DNA from: Negaprion brevirostris
Lineage: Eukaryota
Assembly (NCBI GenBank): GCA_030324005.1
Contig: JARDVH010000042.1
Location: 32,130,659-32,194,658, forward strand
Reading direction: 5' to 3'
Length of the DNA: 64,000 nt
Shown here: piece by piece, positions 63,381 through 64,000 of the stretch
Layout of the letters: each line of letters begins with the position of its first letter
Numbering within the stretch: position 1 is the stretch's first letter
The notes under the pieces: generated by a model
Seen by the model: only the letters and a program-made list of their open reading frames with translations
Database searches by the model: none
Told to the model about the DNA's origin: nothing
Program-made: the position numbers and the translations under genes

Positions 63381-64000
63381 ACAAGCAAAGGAATTAGGAG
63401 CAGGAGTAGGTCAATCGGTCTTTTGAGCCTGCTCTGTCATTCAATAGGATCATGGCTGATCTGATTGTAACCTCAGCACTACATTCCCACCTACCCCTGA
63501 TATCCTCTCACCCCTTTGTTTAGCAAGAATTTAATCACAGCCTCTGCCAGAGAAGTCCATATTCCATGAACAAATAGCTTTAAAAATCAGTTCATCACAC
63601 ACAGCTAATTTAGATGCTTGAGTAGCATGAAAACTGTGTTAAAATGGCTGAGTCCAAATTGGATAATTTCCTTTCACTCAATCTGAGAAATTCAGATTAT
63701 TTCGGATAGAATAGAAGCAAAGTGGTGCACATCTGTGACATTCTATGTAACAGAATCTGTTATATTCTAACAGATATTTGTTATATTCTATACTATACAG
63801 ACTTGTGAGGTAAGCATAATGTACTCCATAATGACAAAATAGCTCATGAGGATATTAACACAATATTATGTGCCGTAAAAAATTCATTTCTTTTTGCAAG
63901 GTTGCAGTTAGCAATGTAATATAGCACTGAATAGTATTGAATAGAAGTGAATGTTATTAAAGTCGGAGTGAGGTTACAATAATAATGNNNNNNNNNNCTA

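Noticed and set aside
63798-63815. Possible 9-nt microexon (CAG|ACTTGTGAG|GTAAG)
   Set aside because: Weak polypyrimidine tract and no host gene identified; expected by chance
1-64000. microRNA, snoRNA or rRNA genes
   Set aside because: No mature sequence or box structure that I recognise; a covariance-model search would be needed to exclude them

Overview
This is eukaryotic, vertebrate DNA, almost certainly from a shark or other elasmobranch (HE1-type V-SINEs, SacSINE1/DeuSINE-like SINEs, abundant CR1). It comes from a draft assembly with many N gaps. I recognise no host protein-coding gene: the ORF track is decayed transposon sequence or chance. Much of the window is interspersed repeat: HE1 SINEs, CR1, a second CR1-group LINE, L2, Rex1/Babar, three RTE copies, Penelope-like elements with hammerhead-ribozyme relics, and PIF/Harbinger relics (transposase, Myb/SANT partner and MITE-like derivatives). 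Repeat-free blocks lie between these and look like the regulatory landscape of a gene desert or very long intron: a CpG-retaining island at about 6.4-9.9 kb, several enhancer-like blocks, and a divergent pair of CTCF-like motifs. Family names come from recalled motifs and hand translation, not database searches, and repeat boundaries are approximate. I cannot demonstrate a new biological system. The best leads are the Harbinger two-gene plus MITE set, fold-back mini-Penelope insertions with target-site duplications (TSDs), a twin-priming-type inverted RTE, and the transposon-free CpG island.
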